Positions 54,858-64,000 of a stretch of DNA of 64,000 nucleotides are shown in pieces; positions within the stretch are counted from its first letter, which is position 1; every line of letters starts with the position of its first letter. The position numbers were made by a program, and so were the translations under genes. Source of the stretch: an uncultured Candidatus Binatia bacterium (GTDB lineage: Bacteria > Desulfobacterota > Binatia > UBA9968 > JAJDTQ01); NCBI GenBank assembly GCA_965215605.1, contig OZ244070.1, forward strand, positions 2,080,001 through 2,144,000. Direction: 5' to 3'. The notes beneath the pieces are model-generated. The model saw only the letters and a program-made list of their open reading frames with translations. It ran no database searches and was not told the DNA's origin.

Positions 54858-56327
54858 TCAGGTCCAGGAGTGGCGCGTCCCATCCGCAAACCTCTCCACA
54901 ATCCTTTCCGCGGCTGTTTCGCCGCTGGCGATGCAGTCGGCGATACCCACGCCACGATAGCTCTTGCCGGCAAGTGCAAGGGTAGGGAACTGGTTCAATC
55001 GGGCCTCGATCCTTTCCACACGATCCAGGTGCCCGACGTTGTACTGGGGCATGCTGTCGGGGTAGCGGGTGGTGCGGCAGAGCATCGGCGCGCCGGATAT
55101 GCCGAGCAGCGCCTTCAAGTCTTCCCGGACCTGGGCTTCCAGGGCTTCGTCCGTCTGTTCGAGCAGGCCGGGCTGCAGGGCGCCGCCGGCGAAGCAGCGC
55201 AGCAGGGCGACGTCTTCAGGAGCCCGGCCGGCGTATTTCACGCTGCTGAAGGTGCAGGCCATGATCTTCCGGCCTTCCACGTACGGGACCACGAAGCCGT
55301 AGCCGTCGAGGGGATGGGCGATGTCGCCGCGACGGTAGGCCAGGTTGACGGTGGCGGTGGAGGAGAAGGGGATCGCCTTTAGTTCCTGGGTCAGCTCCGG
55401 ATCGAGTGTCTTCACGGCATCTCCCGTGGCGAACGCCGGCAGGGTGGAGATGACGGCGTCCGCCTCCAGGCGGGCGCCGCCGGTTTCCACTCGCCAGCGG
55501 CGGGTGCCGGCATTCCAGGACAAGTCCCGGACCGTCTCGCCAAGTCGCACGGTGCCGGGTCCCAGGGCCTCCTCGATGCGGCGCACGAGCACCTCCATGC
55601 CGCCGTCGATGCTGACGAACAGGCTCCAGCGCGCCCCGGTTTCGTCCGCGGCCTGGGCGCGGCGTTTCTGTGCCCGGCGGGTGCCGAGGATGACGCTGCC
55701 GTGGGTACGCTCCATTTCCGGGAACCGGGGCATGGTGGCGGCCAGGCTGAGGTGTTCCGGGTCCGAGGCGTAGATGCCGCCGATGAGAGGCTGTGCCACC
55801 CGTTCCAGCACTTCGCGGCCCAGCCGGCGGCGCACGAACGAGGCAAGGCTCTCGTCGTCGTCGTCCGACCGGCGGAGTACCAAAGGTTCCAGCCCCATGC
55901 GCAGCTTGCCGCCCCAGGAGAACACCGGACTCCGCAGCACCGAGCCGACGCGGGTGGGGGCCATCAGCAGGAATCCTTCGGGGAGCGGCGCCAGCGCGCC
56001 ACGGTGAACGGTGTAGAGCTTCAACCCGGCATGTTGCGGCGCGATGAGGCGGTCGGTCAGTCCCAGACGTTCGCAGAGGCGCAGCGCGGCGGGCTTGTCC
56101 GTGATGTATGAATCCGGGCCGAGTTCCAGGAGGAGATTCCCGGTATGCTCGGTGGCGATGACGCCTCCGAGGCGATCGGAGGCTTCCAGCAGCGTCACCC
56201 GCAGTTCGCCGTGCCCGGCGCGGCGCAGTTCCGTCAGCCGGTGGGCGGCGGCAAGACCCGAGATGCCGCCGCCGATGACGATGATGTGTTTGGTCGCTGC
56301 GGTCGCCACCGAGGCCTCAAGGGTCAT
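54858..56327 (-). CDS. hemG: Protoporphyrinogen/coproporphyrinogen oxidase (HemY type)
   Basis: GGGISGL, LELGPDS, DESLASFVRRRLG, MPQYNVGH, GVGIADC. Confidence 0.94.
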   Translation of the reverse strand: MTLEASVATAATKHIIVIGGGISGLAAAHRLTELRRAGHGELRVTLLEASDRLGGVIATEHTGNLLLELGPDSYITDKPAALRLCERLGLTDRLIAPQHAGLKLYTVHRGALAPLPEGFLLMAPTRVGSVLRSPVFSWGGKLRMGLEPLVLRRSDDDDESLASFVRRRLGREVLERVAQPLIGGIYASDPEHLSLAATMPRFPEMERTHGSVILGTRRAQKRRAQAADETGARWSLFVSIDGGMEVLVRRIEEALGPGTVRLGETVRDLSWNAGTRRWRVETGGARLEADAVISTLPAFATGDAVKTLDPELTQELKAIPFSSTATVNLAYRRGDIAHPLDGYGFVVPYVEGRKIMACTFSSVKYAGRAPEDVALLRCFAGGALQPGLLEQTDEALEAQVREDLKALLGISGAPMLCRTTRYPDSMPQYNVGHLDRVERIEARLNQFPTLALAGKSYRGVGIADCIASGETAAERIVERFADGTRHSWT

Positions 56328-56373
56328 ATCTTGGATTAATCAGACCAAAAGACTGATTTAACGCAGGTTTCGT

Positions 56374-57408
56374 TTATGTACTGAGCTCATGCACCGCGTC
56401 CACCATGGCCCTCACGTGGTCCACGGGGGTTTCCGGCAGGATGCCGTGGCCGAGGTTGAAAATGTGACCCGGCCGGCCTTCGGCGCGTTGCAGGATGTCC
56501 TGGACACGGCGGCGGATCTCGGCCGGGGGAGCGAACAGGGCCACGGGGTCGAGATTGCCCTGGATGGCGACGTCATGGCCCACGCGGCTCCAGGCTTCGT
56601 CCAGGTCCACGCGCCAGTCCACGCCCATCACGTCGCTGCCCGCCTCCCGCATGAGCTCCAGCAGGCCGCAGGTGCCGGTGCCGAAGTGGATGGTGGGGAC
56701 CCCTGGCGTGACTTCCGCCATCAGGCGGCGCATGTACGGCAGGACGTGCTGGCGGTAGTCTCCGGGCGCCAGGCAGCCCACCCAGCTATCGAATACCTGG
56801 AGCGCGTCGATGCCGGCCGCGATCTGCCCGTTGACGTAGGCGACCGTGGCCGTTACCAGCCGCTCCATGAGCGCGTTCCAGGCGCCGGGATCGTTGTGGA
56901 ACAGCCGCTTGGTGTGGATGTAGTTCCGCGAGGCGCCGCCTTCGATCAGATAGGAGGCCAGCGTGAAAGGGGCGCCGCAGAAACCGATCAACGGCACCCG
57001 TCCGGCCAGCGCCTCGCGGGTGCTGCGGACGGCCGCGTACACGTAGGACAGCGATTCTTCCGGCGCCGGATCGCGCAGCCCGTCGACGTCCCGGCCCGTT
57101 CGCACCGGCCGCTGAATCTTTGGCCCGCCCTCGGCGTATTCCAGCCCCACCCCCATGGGCTCCAGCAACAGCAGGATGTCGGCGAAGATAATGGCGGCGT
57201 CCACGTTGAGGCGTTCCACGGGCGTCACCGTCACCTCCGCCACGAGATCCGGGGTCTTGCACAGCTCCAGAAAGCCGACCCGGGCTCTCACGTCGCGGTA
57301 TTCCTTCATGTAACGCCCGGCCTGACGCATGAGCCACACCGGCGTGTAGGGGGTCTTGCCGCGGCGGCAGGCGGCGAGAAACGGGTGTGTGGCGGGAGTG
57401 TCGTTCAT
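56374..57408 (-). CDS. hemE: Uroporphyrinogen decarboxylase
   Basis: PVWLMRQAGRY, DAAIIFADIL, GAPFTLASY, HIFNLGHGI. Confidence 0.97.
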   Translation of the reverse strand: MNDTPATHPFLAACRRGKTPYTPVWLMRQAGRYMKEYRDVRARVGFLELCKTPDLVAEVTVTPVERLNVDAAIIFADILLLLEPMGVGLEYAEGGPKIQRPVRTGRDVDGLRDPAPEESLSYVYAAVRSTREALAGRVPLIGFCGAPFTLASYLIEGGASRNYIHTKRLFHNDPGAWNALMERLVTATVAYVNGQIAAGIDALQVFDSWVGCLAPGDYRQHVLPYMRRLMAEVTPGVPTIHFGTGTCGLLELMREAGSDVMGVDWRVDLDEAWSRVGHDVAIQGNLDPVALFAPPAEIRRRVQDILQRAEGRPGHIFNLGHGILPETPVDHVRAMVDAVHELST

Positions 57409-57423
57409 CGCTTCTGACCGAGC

Positions 57424-58545
57424 TCAGTGCGGGCGGTTCTTTCCGGCCCCCAGCGTGACCGTGCCCTCGCCGTACTTGTGCCGCAGCCGGTCGATGCCCT
57501 TGTAGAGCTGGTCCATGGAGGCCCGTTCGCGGTAGTCGAAGATGGAGTCCTGCCACCCTTCCGTGATGATGCGGCCGGTGCTGACGCCGAGAAGGCGCAC
57601 GGCCCGGTCCGGCGCCAGGTTCTTCGCCAGCAGGTCTCGCGCCACCTTGAAGATGTCCACGTCGAAGCAGGTGGGGGCGCGCAGGGTGCGGGAGCGGGTG
57701 ATGGTCTTGAAGTCGGAGTAGCGGAGCTTGAGGGTGACGCGCCGGGCGCGGCCGCCCTGGCGGCGCAGCCTTGCAGCCACCTCTTCCACCAGCCCTCCAA
57801 GCACCCGCTCCATTTCCGCCGTGTCCGTGAGCGGCTGCGACAGCGTGGTCTCGCTGCCGATGGAATGCTCGTGGACGTGTCCGCTCTCCGCCGGACGATC
57901 CAGGTCCAGATAGCGCGGCCCCAGCCGGGGGTGGGCCAGAAGCTGGGCCACCGTGGCGATGCCGCGGTCCAGCAGCTCACGGTGCGTCTTGGGGCCGACG
58001 CCAGGGATGACCGAGACGTCGAGGGGCCCCACGAAACGCTCCTCCGAGCCCGGCGGCACGTACATCAGCCCCCGGGGCTTGACCTGGGTGGCGGCGATCT
58101 TGGCCAGGGTCGGGTGGGTGGCGAGTCCGCCGGACGACGGCAGCCCGATCTCCTGCCGGATTCGGCCGATGATCTCGTCGGCCGTGCGGATCGGATGGCC
58201 CATCAGCCGTTCCGTGCCGGTGAGGTTCACCAGCCCCTCGTCGATGGAAAAGGCCCGGACATCCGGAGAGAAGGAACGGAGCAGGTCGAATACCTTCCGC
58301 GAGAACTCGCTGTAGACTCCTCGCCGGCCTGGAACGAAGATCCCGTCGGGGCAGAGCCGTCGCGCCTGGAAACCGGGCATGGCGGACCGGACCCCGTACT
58401 GACGGGCCTCGTAGGACGCGGAGGTGACCACCCCCCGGCCGGATCCTCCCCCCACCATCACCGGCTTGCCCTCCAGGGAAGGATCGAGAACGCGCTCCAC
58501 GGACACGTAGAAAGAATCCATGTCGATGTGCAGGTAGAAGGCCAT
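57424..58545 (-). CDS. dinB: DNA polymerase IV (Y family)
   Basis: HIDMDSFY, SYEAR..GV.S.MP, SIDE, LAKIA, little-finger VRLLGV. Confidence 0.95.
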   Translation of the reverse strand: MAFYLHIDMDSFYVSVERVLDPSLEGKPVMVGGGSGRGVVTSASYEARQYGVRSAMPGFQARRLCPDGIFVPGRRGVYSEFSRKVFDLLRSFSPDVRAFSIDEGLVNLTGTERLMGHPIRTADEIIGRIRQEIGLPSSGGLATHPTLAKIAATQVKPRGLMYVPPGSEERFVGPLDVSVIPGVGPKTHRELLDRGIATVAQLLAHPRLGPRYLDLDRPAESGHVHEHSIGSETTLSQPLTDTAEMERVLGGLVEEVAARLRRQGGRARRVTLKLRYSDFKTITRSRTLRAPTCFDVDIFKVARDLLAKNLAPDRAVRLLGVSTGRIITEGWQDSIFDYRERASMDQLYKGIDRLRHKYGEGTVTLGAGKNRPH

Positions 58546-58551
58546 GTGCCG

Positions 58552-58565
58552 TGTTCATGTTAACA
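58552..58565. promoter_or_regulatory. Candidate LexA/SOS operator
   Basis: TGTTCATGTTAACA imperfect palindrome just upstream of the dinB start. Confidence 0.4.
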
Positions 58566-58657
58566 GTCTTGTCGCTCGGGAGTCCATCTCGGGTGTCCGG
58601 ATGGAGCGTGAGTGGCATTCTTCTTGCCGCCACCCTATGATGGACGAGGGGGTCAGC

Positions 58658-60019
58658 ATGGCGCGAGCAAGGGTGGTCTACGAGTGTCAGAACTGCGGGT
58701 TCCAGTCCCCCAAGTGGCTGGGGCGGTGCCCGGACTGCGGCCGGTGGGACTCGCTGGTGGAGGAATCGGTCACCGTCCAGGCCCACGCGGCCAGGGACGG
58801 AGACGCCGGTCCGCCGCGTCCGCCTACGCCCATCCACGCCGTCACCGCCGAGACCGACAGCCGCCTGCGCTCGGGCATCGAAGAGTTCGACCGGGTGCTG
58901 GGAGGGGGCCTGGTGGACGGCTCCGCGGTGCTCATCGGCGGCGACCCGGGCATCGGCAAGTCGACGTTGCTGCTCCAGGCAGTGGCGGCGCTGAGCCATG
59001 ACGGGCCGCCCTGCCTCTACGTTTCCGGCGAGGAGTCGGAACAACAGGTCAAGATGCGGGGCCGGCGCATCTCGCTCGCGTCCTCGAGCCTGCTGGTGCT
59101 GAGCGAGACGTCGCTGGAGCGTATCCTGGAGCAGGTCAAGGCGGTCAAGCCCGCGGTGCTGGTGGTGGATTCCATACAGACGGTGCACACCGCCGCCATC
59201 CCATCGGCGCCGGGCAGCATCGGACAGGTCCGGGAGTGTTCGAGCACGCTGATCTCCCTGGCCAAGAAGACCGGCATCGCCACCTTTCTCGTGGGTCACG
59301 TGACCAAGGACGGCGCCATCGCCGGCCCGCGGGTGCTGGAGCACATGGTGGACACGGTGCTCTACTTCGAGGGCGAGCGCGGCCACAGCTTCCGCATCCT
59401 GCGGGCGGTCAAGAACCGTTTCGGCTCCACCAACGAGATCGGCGTGTTCGAGATGCAGGAAGCCGGCCTGCGGGAGGTGTCCAACCCTTCCGAGATCTTT
59501 CTTTCCGAACGGCCCTTGGGCGGGTCGGGCTCGGTGGTGGTGCCCAGCATGGAGGGCACCCGTCCGATCCTGGTGGAGATCCAGTCGCTGGTGACCCGTT
59601 CCTACCTCAACCTGCCCCGGCGCACCTGCATCGGCGTCGACGCCAACCGCCTCGCGTTGATCCTGGCCATCCTGGAGAAGCGCAAGGGGATGAACTTTTT
59701 CGACAAGGACGTGTTCATCAACGTCGCGGGGGGTGTGGCCGTATCCGAGCCTGCCGTGGATCTGGGTCTCGCGGTGGGGGTGGTCTCCAGCGCCCTGGAC
59801 CGGCCGGTGGACCCCCACATGATCTTCGTCGGCGAGGTCGGTCTGGCTGGAGAGATCCGCACCGTGACCCGGGCCGAGGCGCGGGTGGCCGAGGCGGGCA
59901 AGCTCGGGTTCCGCAAGTGCGTCCTGCCCCAGGGCAACCGCCGGCAGCTCACGCACGTCGAGCACCCCGAACTGCTGGGCGTCGCCTCCCTCGAGGAGTG
60001 CTGGGAAATACTGTTCTAG
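58658..60019 (+). CDS. radA: DNA repair protein RadA/Sms
   Basis: CQNCG...CPDC, GDPGIGKST, KNRFG, GEVGLAGE. Confidence 0.97.
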   Translation: MARARVVYECQNCGFQSPKWLGRCPDCGRWDSLVEESVTVQAHAARDGDAGPPRPPTPIHAVTAETDSRLRSGIEEFDRVLGGGLVDGSAVLIGGDPGIGKSTLLLQAVAALSHDGPPCLYVSGEESEQQVKMRGRRISLASSSLLVLSETSLERILEQVKAVKPAVLVVDSIQTVHTAAIPSAPGSIGQVRECSSTLISLAKKTGIATFLVGHVTKDGAIAGPRVLEHMVDTVLYFEGERGHSFRILRAVKNRFGSTNEIGVFEMQEAGLREVSNPSEIFLSERPLGGSGSVVVPSMEGTRPILVEIQSLVTRSYLNLPRRTCIGVDANRLALILAILEKRKGMNFFDKDVFINVAGGVAVSEPAVDLGLAVGVVSSALDRPVDPHMIFVGEVGLAGEIRTVTRAEARVAEAGKLGFRKCVLPQGNRRQLTHVEHPELLGVASLEECWEILF

Positions 60020-60125
60020 TGTCCTGTCTGGTCAATTGGCATCATAGGCTTGCCTTTTCCTTTCGTCTTTGGTTCCTTCGATTCATGTGGCGGCAGGTCG
60101 AACGGAGACCGGCGGGAGGCTCGCA

Positions 60126-60677
60126 ATGACGACCCAGTCCAACTCTGCCCAATGTACCTATCAGGACTATCTCGAAACATCCGATGACGTCCGCTACGAG
60201 CTCATCGAGGGAGAGTTGCTGGTTATGGAGCCGGCACCCGCCACGTTGCACCAGAGAGTCGTGGTCAATCTTGCCGTTCTGCTGGCGCCGTTCGCCAGGG
60301 ACCAGGGCCTGGGTGAAGTGCTCATCGCCCCCACGGACGTTTACCTTTCCGACGCCAACGTGCTGCAGCCCGACCTCCTGTTCGTATCCGCGGCGCGGTC
60401 GTCGATCATCACCGAACGCGACGTCCACGGCGCGCCGGATCTGGTCATCGAAATCGCGTCGCCGGCCACCGCGCTACGCGACCGCAACGTCAAGATGGAG
60501 ATCTACGCCCGCCACGGCGTAGCCGAGTGCTGGCTGGTGGACCCCGCGGCCGCCACCATCGAGACCTTCCGATCGGAGGACGGCCGGACGGCTGCCACCG
60601 GCCGCTACGGCCGGACCGACACTTTCGCCACCCCCTTGCTGCCGGGCCTGACTATTGATCCGAGGGTGGTTTTCTGA
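60126..60677 (+). CDS. Uma2 family endonuclease
   Basis: YELIEGEL, QPDL, PDLVIEIAS, WLVDP; GGAGG RBS. Confidence 0.92.
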   Translation: MTTQSNSAQCTYQDYLETSDDVRYELIEGELLVMEPAPATLHQRVVVNLAVLLAPFARDQGLGEVLIAPTDVYLSDANVLQPDLLFVSAARSSIITERDVHGAPDLVIEIASPATALRDRNVKMEIYARHGVAECWLVDPAAATIETFRSEDGRTAATGRYGRTDTFATPLLPGLTIDPRVVF

Positions 60678-60704
60678 GGGGTGGGTGCACGGTTTCACAC
60701 ACTG

Positions 60705-61712
60705 TCAGCCCAGGCTCGGCATCACCTTTTCGGAAAACAGACCCACCGACCGCAGTGCTTCGTCGAGGGCGATGTCGCCGAACGCGAACTGGCCGATGAT
60801 GTAGTTGGCGCCGGCCGTTTCGGTCTGTGAGCGCAGGAACCCCCGGACCGTGTCCGGACTGCCGGCGATCCCTTGGCCCGAGGCCAGCACCCCGTCGAAG
60901 TCCGGCGGACGTTGATGCCTCGGGGCGCTTCCCCTGAGCCGGAACAGGTGGTTGAAGCTCCGGTGCCAGACGGGATAGGCCCGGTGGGCGATGCGGAGAG
61001 CCGTTTCGTCGTCGTCGGCCACCACCACGAAACGGCCGAGGCCGATCCTGGGCAGCGCCGCCCCGCCGTTTCCGTGGACCTCCTGCCACACCTCCCGGAA
61101 GCGATCGGTGAAGGTCCGGGTGGGCGCCGCCGGGTCGAGGCTCACGATGTTGAGCCCCCGGCGGGCGGCCCGCTCGGCGCTCTCCGGAGAATGCACGCCG
61201 TACCAGAGCGGAGGGTGGGGCTTCTGCAACGGCTCCAGCTCCATGGGCACGTCGCTGAAGTTGAAGAACTCGCCCGCGAAGTCCAGGGTCTTCCGGGTCA
61301 GGCCTTGCAGGACGAGGTCGAGGCCTTCCGTGTAGATGCGTTGCGCCTCCTCCGGGTCCTGTCCGTACACAGCCAGTTCGATGGGGGAGGAGCCGCGGCC
61401 GAAGCCGATGTCCAGGCGCCCGCCGCTCATCTGGTCGAGCATGCAGATCTCTTCGATGAGCCGTAGCGGGTGGTAGAGCGGAAGGGCGTAGACCAGGGGT
61501 CCGAAACGAAGGCGCCGGGTGCGTTGCGCCACCGCGGCAAGGAACACGCTGGGGGAGGGCGCCATCCCCAGCGGCGTCGAGTGGTGCTCCGCCACGTGGT
61601 AAGCGTAGAACCCCTCCCGCTCGTACGCCTCGATCAGGGTCAGCCGCGCTTCGTAGTAGTCCCGCAACGGCAGGTCGCCGCGGTCCAGGTGATCGAATAT
61701 GCCGTAGTCCAT
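60705..61712 (-). CDS. LLM class flavin-dependent oxidoreductase
   Basis: AEHH, HPLRLIEEICMLD, PLQKPHPPLW. Confidence 0.93.
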   Translation of the reverse strand: MDYGIFDHLDRGDLPLRDYYEARLTLIEAYEREGFYAYHVAEHHSTPLGMAPSPSVFLAAVAQRTRRLRFGPLVYALPLYHPLRLIEEICMLDQMSGGRLDIGFGRGSSPIELAVYGQDPEEAQRIYTEGLDLVLQGLTRKTLDFAGEFFNFSDVPMELEPLQKPHPPLWYGVHSPESAERAARRGLNIVSLDPAAPTRTFTDRFREVWQEVHGNGGAALPRIGLGRFVVVADDDETALRIAHRAYPVWHRSFNHLFRLRGSAPRHQRPPDFDGVLASGQGIAGSPDTVRGFLRSQTETAGANYIIGQFAFGDIALDEALRSVGLFSEKVMPSLG

Positions 61713-61971
61713 GTGCCGTGGAGCTGAGCGCAAGGACTCGTCGGCCCAGGACCTTGCCGCAACCTTTCGGAACGGATCAGACGCTACGATACATCCGGGA
61801 GGCTGTCAATGCGCCGTTCCGTGTCGGCTCCCGGGGGCGGCGTCCTCCTGGACAGCACGGGGAAAGCGTGCGATAAGTGGGGGAGAGTTCACCCCCGGTT
61901 CCAGCTCCCGACAGCCAATCCCCTACAGCTCCTGTCAACGGGTCCCGCTGAGGCGGGCGGCAGGAACTACC

Positions 61972-62787
61972 ATGCCCGACGTCGTCCTGTCCGAAATCGT
62001 CCTCTATCTCGTATCCGGCGTGGTGCTGGGCTTTCTGATCGGCCTTACCGGCATCGGCGGCGGGGTGCTGACGGTGCCGTTCCTTTTGCTCGTCATCAAG
62101 CTCGAGCCCATCGCCGCGGTGGGGACCGCCGGCCTGTACGGCGTGCTCACCAAGATCTGGGCCGCCGTGCGGCACTACCGGCAGGGAACGGTCAACCTGG
62201 ACGTCGGCGTCCGCTTCTTTCTGGCGGCGGTCCCCGGGATCCTGTTGGGCGCGCTGGCGGTGAAGTGGAGCCGGCTCTCGCTTTCTCCGAGCGGCGTGGA
62301 GACGCTTCAGGACGTGGTGAGCTACATGGTGCTGGCGTCCATCTGCTTCGCGCTGGTGGCGCTGCTGTTCGACTACGACCGATTGGACACCGGTTTCCTC
62401 TCTTCGAGGAGGGGCGCCGTGGTGAAGTTCCCGTGCCTCTTTCTCGTGGGCGGCGTCATGGGAATGACCTCCATCGGCGGCGGCATCCTGATCATTCCCT
62501 CGCTGCTGCTCTTCTACCGGGAGACCTCCCGCTACGTCGGCACCTCGATCTTCGTGGCGCTGCTCCTGATGACGGTGATGTCTTCCCTTTACGCGTTCAT
62601 CGGCCGGGGCCAAGGGGTTACGGACGTGGATCTCACCGCCGCCGTGTTCATGTCCGCCGGCTCCCTGGGCGGGGTCCACTACGGCGCCGCCCTGTGCAAG
62701 CGCATGCACCCGAGGCGGCTTCAGGCCGTGGTGGTCGGAGTGATCGTGCTTGCGATGGCGATGATGGCGGCGGACCGGTTCTGGTAG
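61972..62787 (+). CDS. TSUP (TauE/SafE) family transporter
   Basis: GLTGIGGG, AVGT, GMTSIGGG, multiple TM helices. Confidence 0.9.
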   Translation: MPDVVLSEIVLYLVSGVVLGFLIGLTGIGGGVLTVPFLLLVIKLEPIAAVGTAGLYGVLTKIWAAVRHYRQGTVNLDVGVRFFLAAVPGILLGALAVKWSRLSLSPSGVETLQDVVSYMVLASICFALVALLFDYDRLDTGFLSSRRGAVVKFPCLFLVGGVMGMTSIGGGILIIPSLLLFYRETSRYVGTSIFVALLLMTVMSSLYAFIGRGQGVTDVDLTAAVFMSAGSLGGVHYGAALCKRMHPRRLQAVVVGVIVLAMAMMAADRFW

Positions 62788-62891
62788 AGATTTGACCCAA
62801 GACCGCTCAGGAACTATTAGAATAGATTGATCGGGCACGGACACGTGCCGTGCAGGCTCGGGAGGGAGCCTGCTCCTTTCACCCTGACAAA

Positions 62892-64000
62892 ATGGCGACA
62901 AACGACAAGCCCGCGAATGCTCCGGCGTCCGGCAACGGCGCGGACTCCCAGCCCGGCAAATACGTGTACGCGCGCGCGTATTCCGGCATGGCCATCGACA
63001 AGGACCGCGACACCGGTGACGACGCGGCGGTGCTGTGGCGGATCTTCAAGCTCGCGGCGACGGAGCGGCTGCGGCTGGTGCTGGCGACGGTCGCGATCCT
63101 GGCGGCCGGGATCTTCCAGATCATGATCCCCCAGTTCCTGGGGGACGCCGTGGACGGCGCCCTCCGCCTGTCGGACAGCGCGTCGGTATCCCCGGAGGAG
63201 GCGCGGGATGCCCTCTATGGAACGGCGTTGATGCTGCTGGCCGCCGCGGTCCTGCGCGGCGTGTTCACCCTGACCCACAACTACTGTGGCGAGACGCTGG
63301 GCCACCACCTCGCCTACAAGCTGCGCATGGGCTTCTACGACAAGCTGCAGCACCTGAACTTCTCCTTTCACGACCGCGTCCACACGGGCGAGCTGATCAC
63401 CCGCGGAATGCTGGACCTGGAAGGGATCCGTTCCTTCATGAACATGGGGCCGTTGCGGGTGCTGCTGTTCTCGGTCCTCATCGGGGTTGGCGCCTACGTG
63501 CTGCTGTCCACGGACATCTTCCTCGGCGCGCTGAGCCTCAGCTTCGTGCCGTTCGTAGCCTGGCGTTCAACCATCGTGAGGCGCCGGCTGCGGGAGATGT
63601 GGTTCGAGCTGCAGGAGCGAATGGCCGTGCTCGGCCGGATCATGGACGAGAACCTCACCGGCATCCGGGTGGTGCGGGCGTTCGGCGCGGAGCCCCACGA
63701 GCTGGACAAGTACCAGAACGCCTCGGACCACGCCCTGGCGCTGGCGTTCCGGCGCATCCGCACCCGGGTGGCCGCCGCCACCCAGATGAACTTCGCGTTC
63801 TTCTTAGCCATGGGCCTGGTGCTGTGGGTCGGCGGACTGCGGGTCATCAACGGTTACATGACCGTGGGCACGCTGACCGAGTTCCTGTTCTTCATGATCA
63901 TACTCCAGCAACCCGTGCGTCAGCTCGGCATGGTGGTGAATGCGTTCGCCCGTGCGTGCACCTGCGGCGCGCGCCTTTTCGCGGTGCTGGACCTGGAGCC
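62892..64000 (+). CDS. ABC transporter permease/ATP-binding protein (MsbA-like), 3' truncated by window
   Basis: Open frame not in the ORF track: ...LQHLNFSFHD...TGELITR...ENLTGIRVVRAFG...MTVGTL. Confidence 0.9.
   Translation, partial: MATNDKPANAPASGNGADSQPGKYVYARAYSGMAIDKDRDTGDDAAVLWRIFKLAATERLRLVLATVAILAAGIFQIMIPQFLGDAVDGALRLSDSASVSPEEARDALYGTALMLLAAAVLRGVFTLTHNYCGETLGHHLAYKLRMGFYDKLQHLNFSFHDRVHTGELITRGMLDLEGIRSFMNMGPLRVLLFSVLIGVGAYVLLSTDIFLGALSLSFVPFVAWRSTIVRRRLREMWFELQERMAVLGRIMDENLTGIRVVRAFGAEPHELDKYQNASDHALALAFRRIRTRVAAATQMNFAFFLAMGLVLWVGGLRVINGYMTVGTLTEFLFFMIILQQPVRQLGMVVNAFARACTCGARLFAVLDLE

Overview
High-GC bacterial chromosomal segment with about 60 CDS. I found no rRNA, tRNA, CRISPR array or intact transposase. 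The gene mix (4 amidohydrolase_2, 3 luciferase-like monooxygenases, 3 TctC/Bug proteins, Sel1 repeats, stand-alone NuoEF-like pair, form II CoxSLM) resembles Binatia/deltaproteobacteria-type heterotrophs, possibly host-associated; this is inference only. The backbone carries catabolic/redox genes plus addAB, aat, hemE-hemG, dinB and radA. Two lower-GC islets interrupt it. Islet 1 (~300-3912) holds a Phd-VapC pair, an AAA_14/DUF4143 ATPase, and a 312-aa unknown upstream of a deleted PIN gene. Islet 2 (~12030-13950) holds a ~373-aa unknown with a probable CTG start upstream of an ADP-ribosyltransferase-like small protein. The two large unknowns appear to share an N-terminal architecture but carry different antitoxin-like tails and different toxins, which makes them the best candidate for an undescribed modular toxin-antitoxin/defence system. 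Other points of interest: a probable BoxB/PaaA-like remnant fused to a promoter with a perfect 20-bp palindrome upstream of the NuoEF-like pair, an orphan GrdE-like gene, an Asp-substituted leaderless ferredoxin, a tiny SH3-like protein, a candidate SOS box at dinB, and several families of REP-like palindromes. All family calls come from motif reading by eye; no searches were run.
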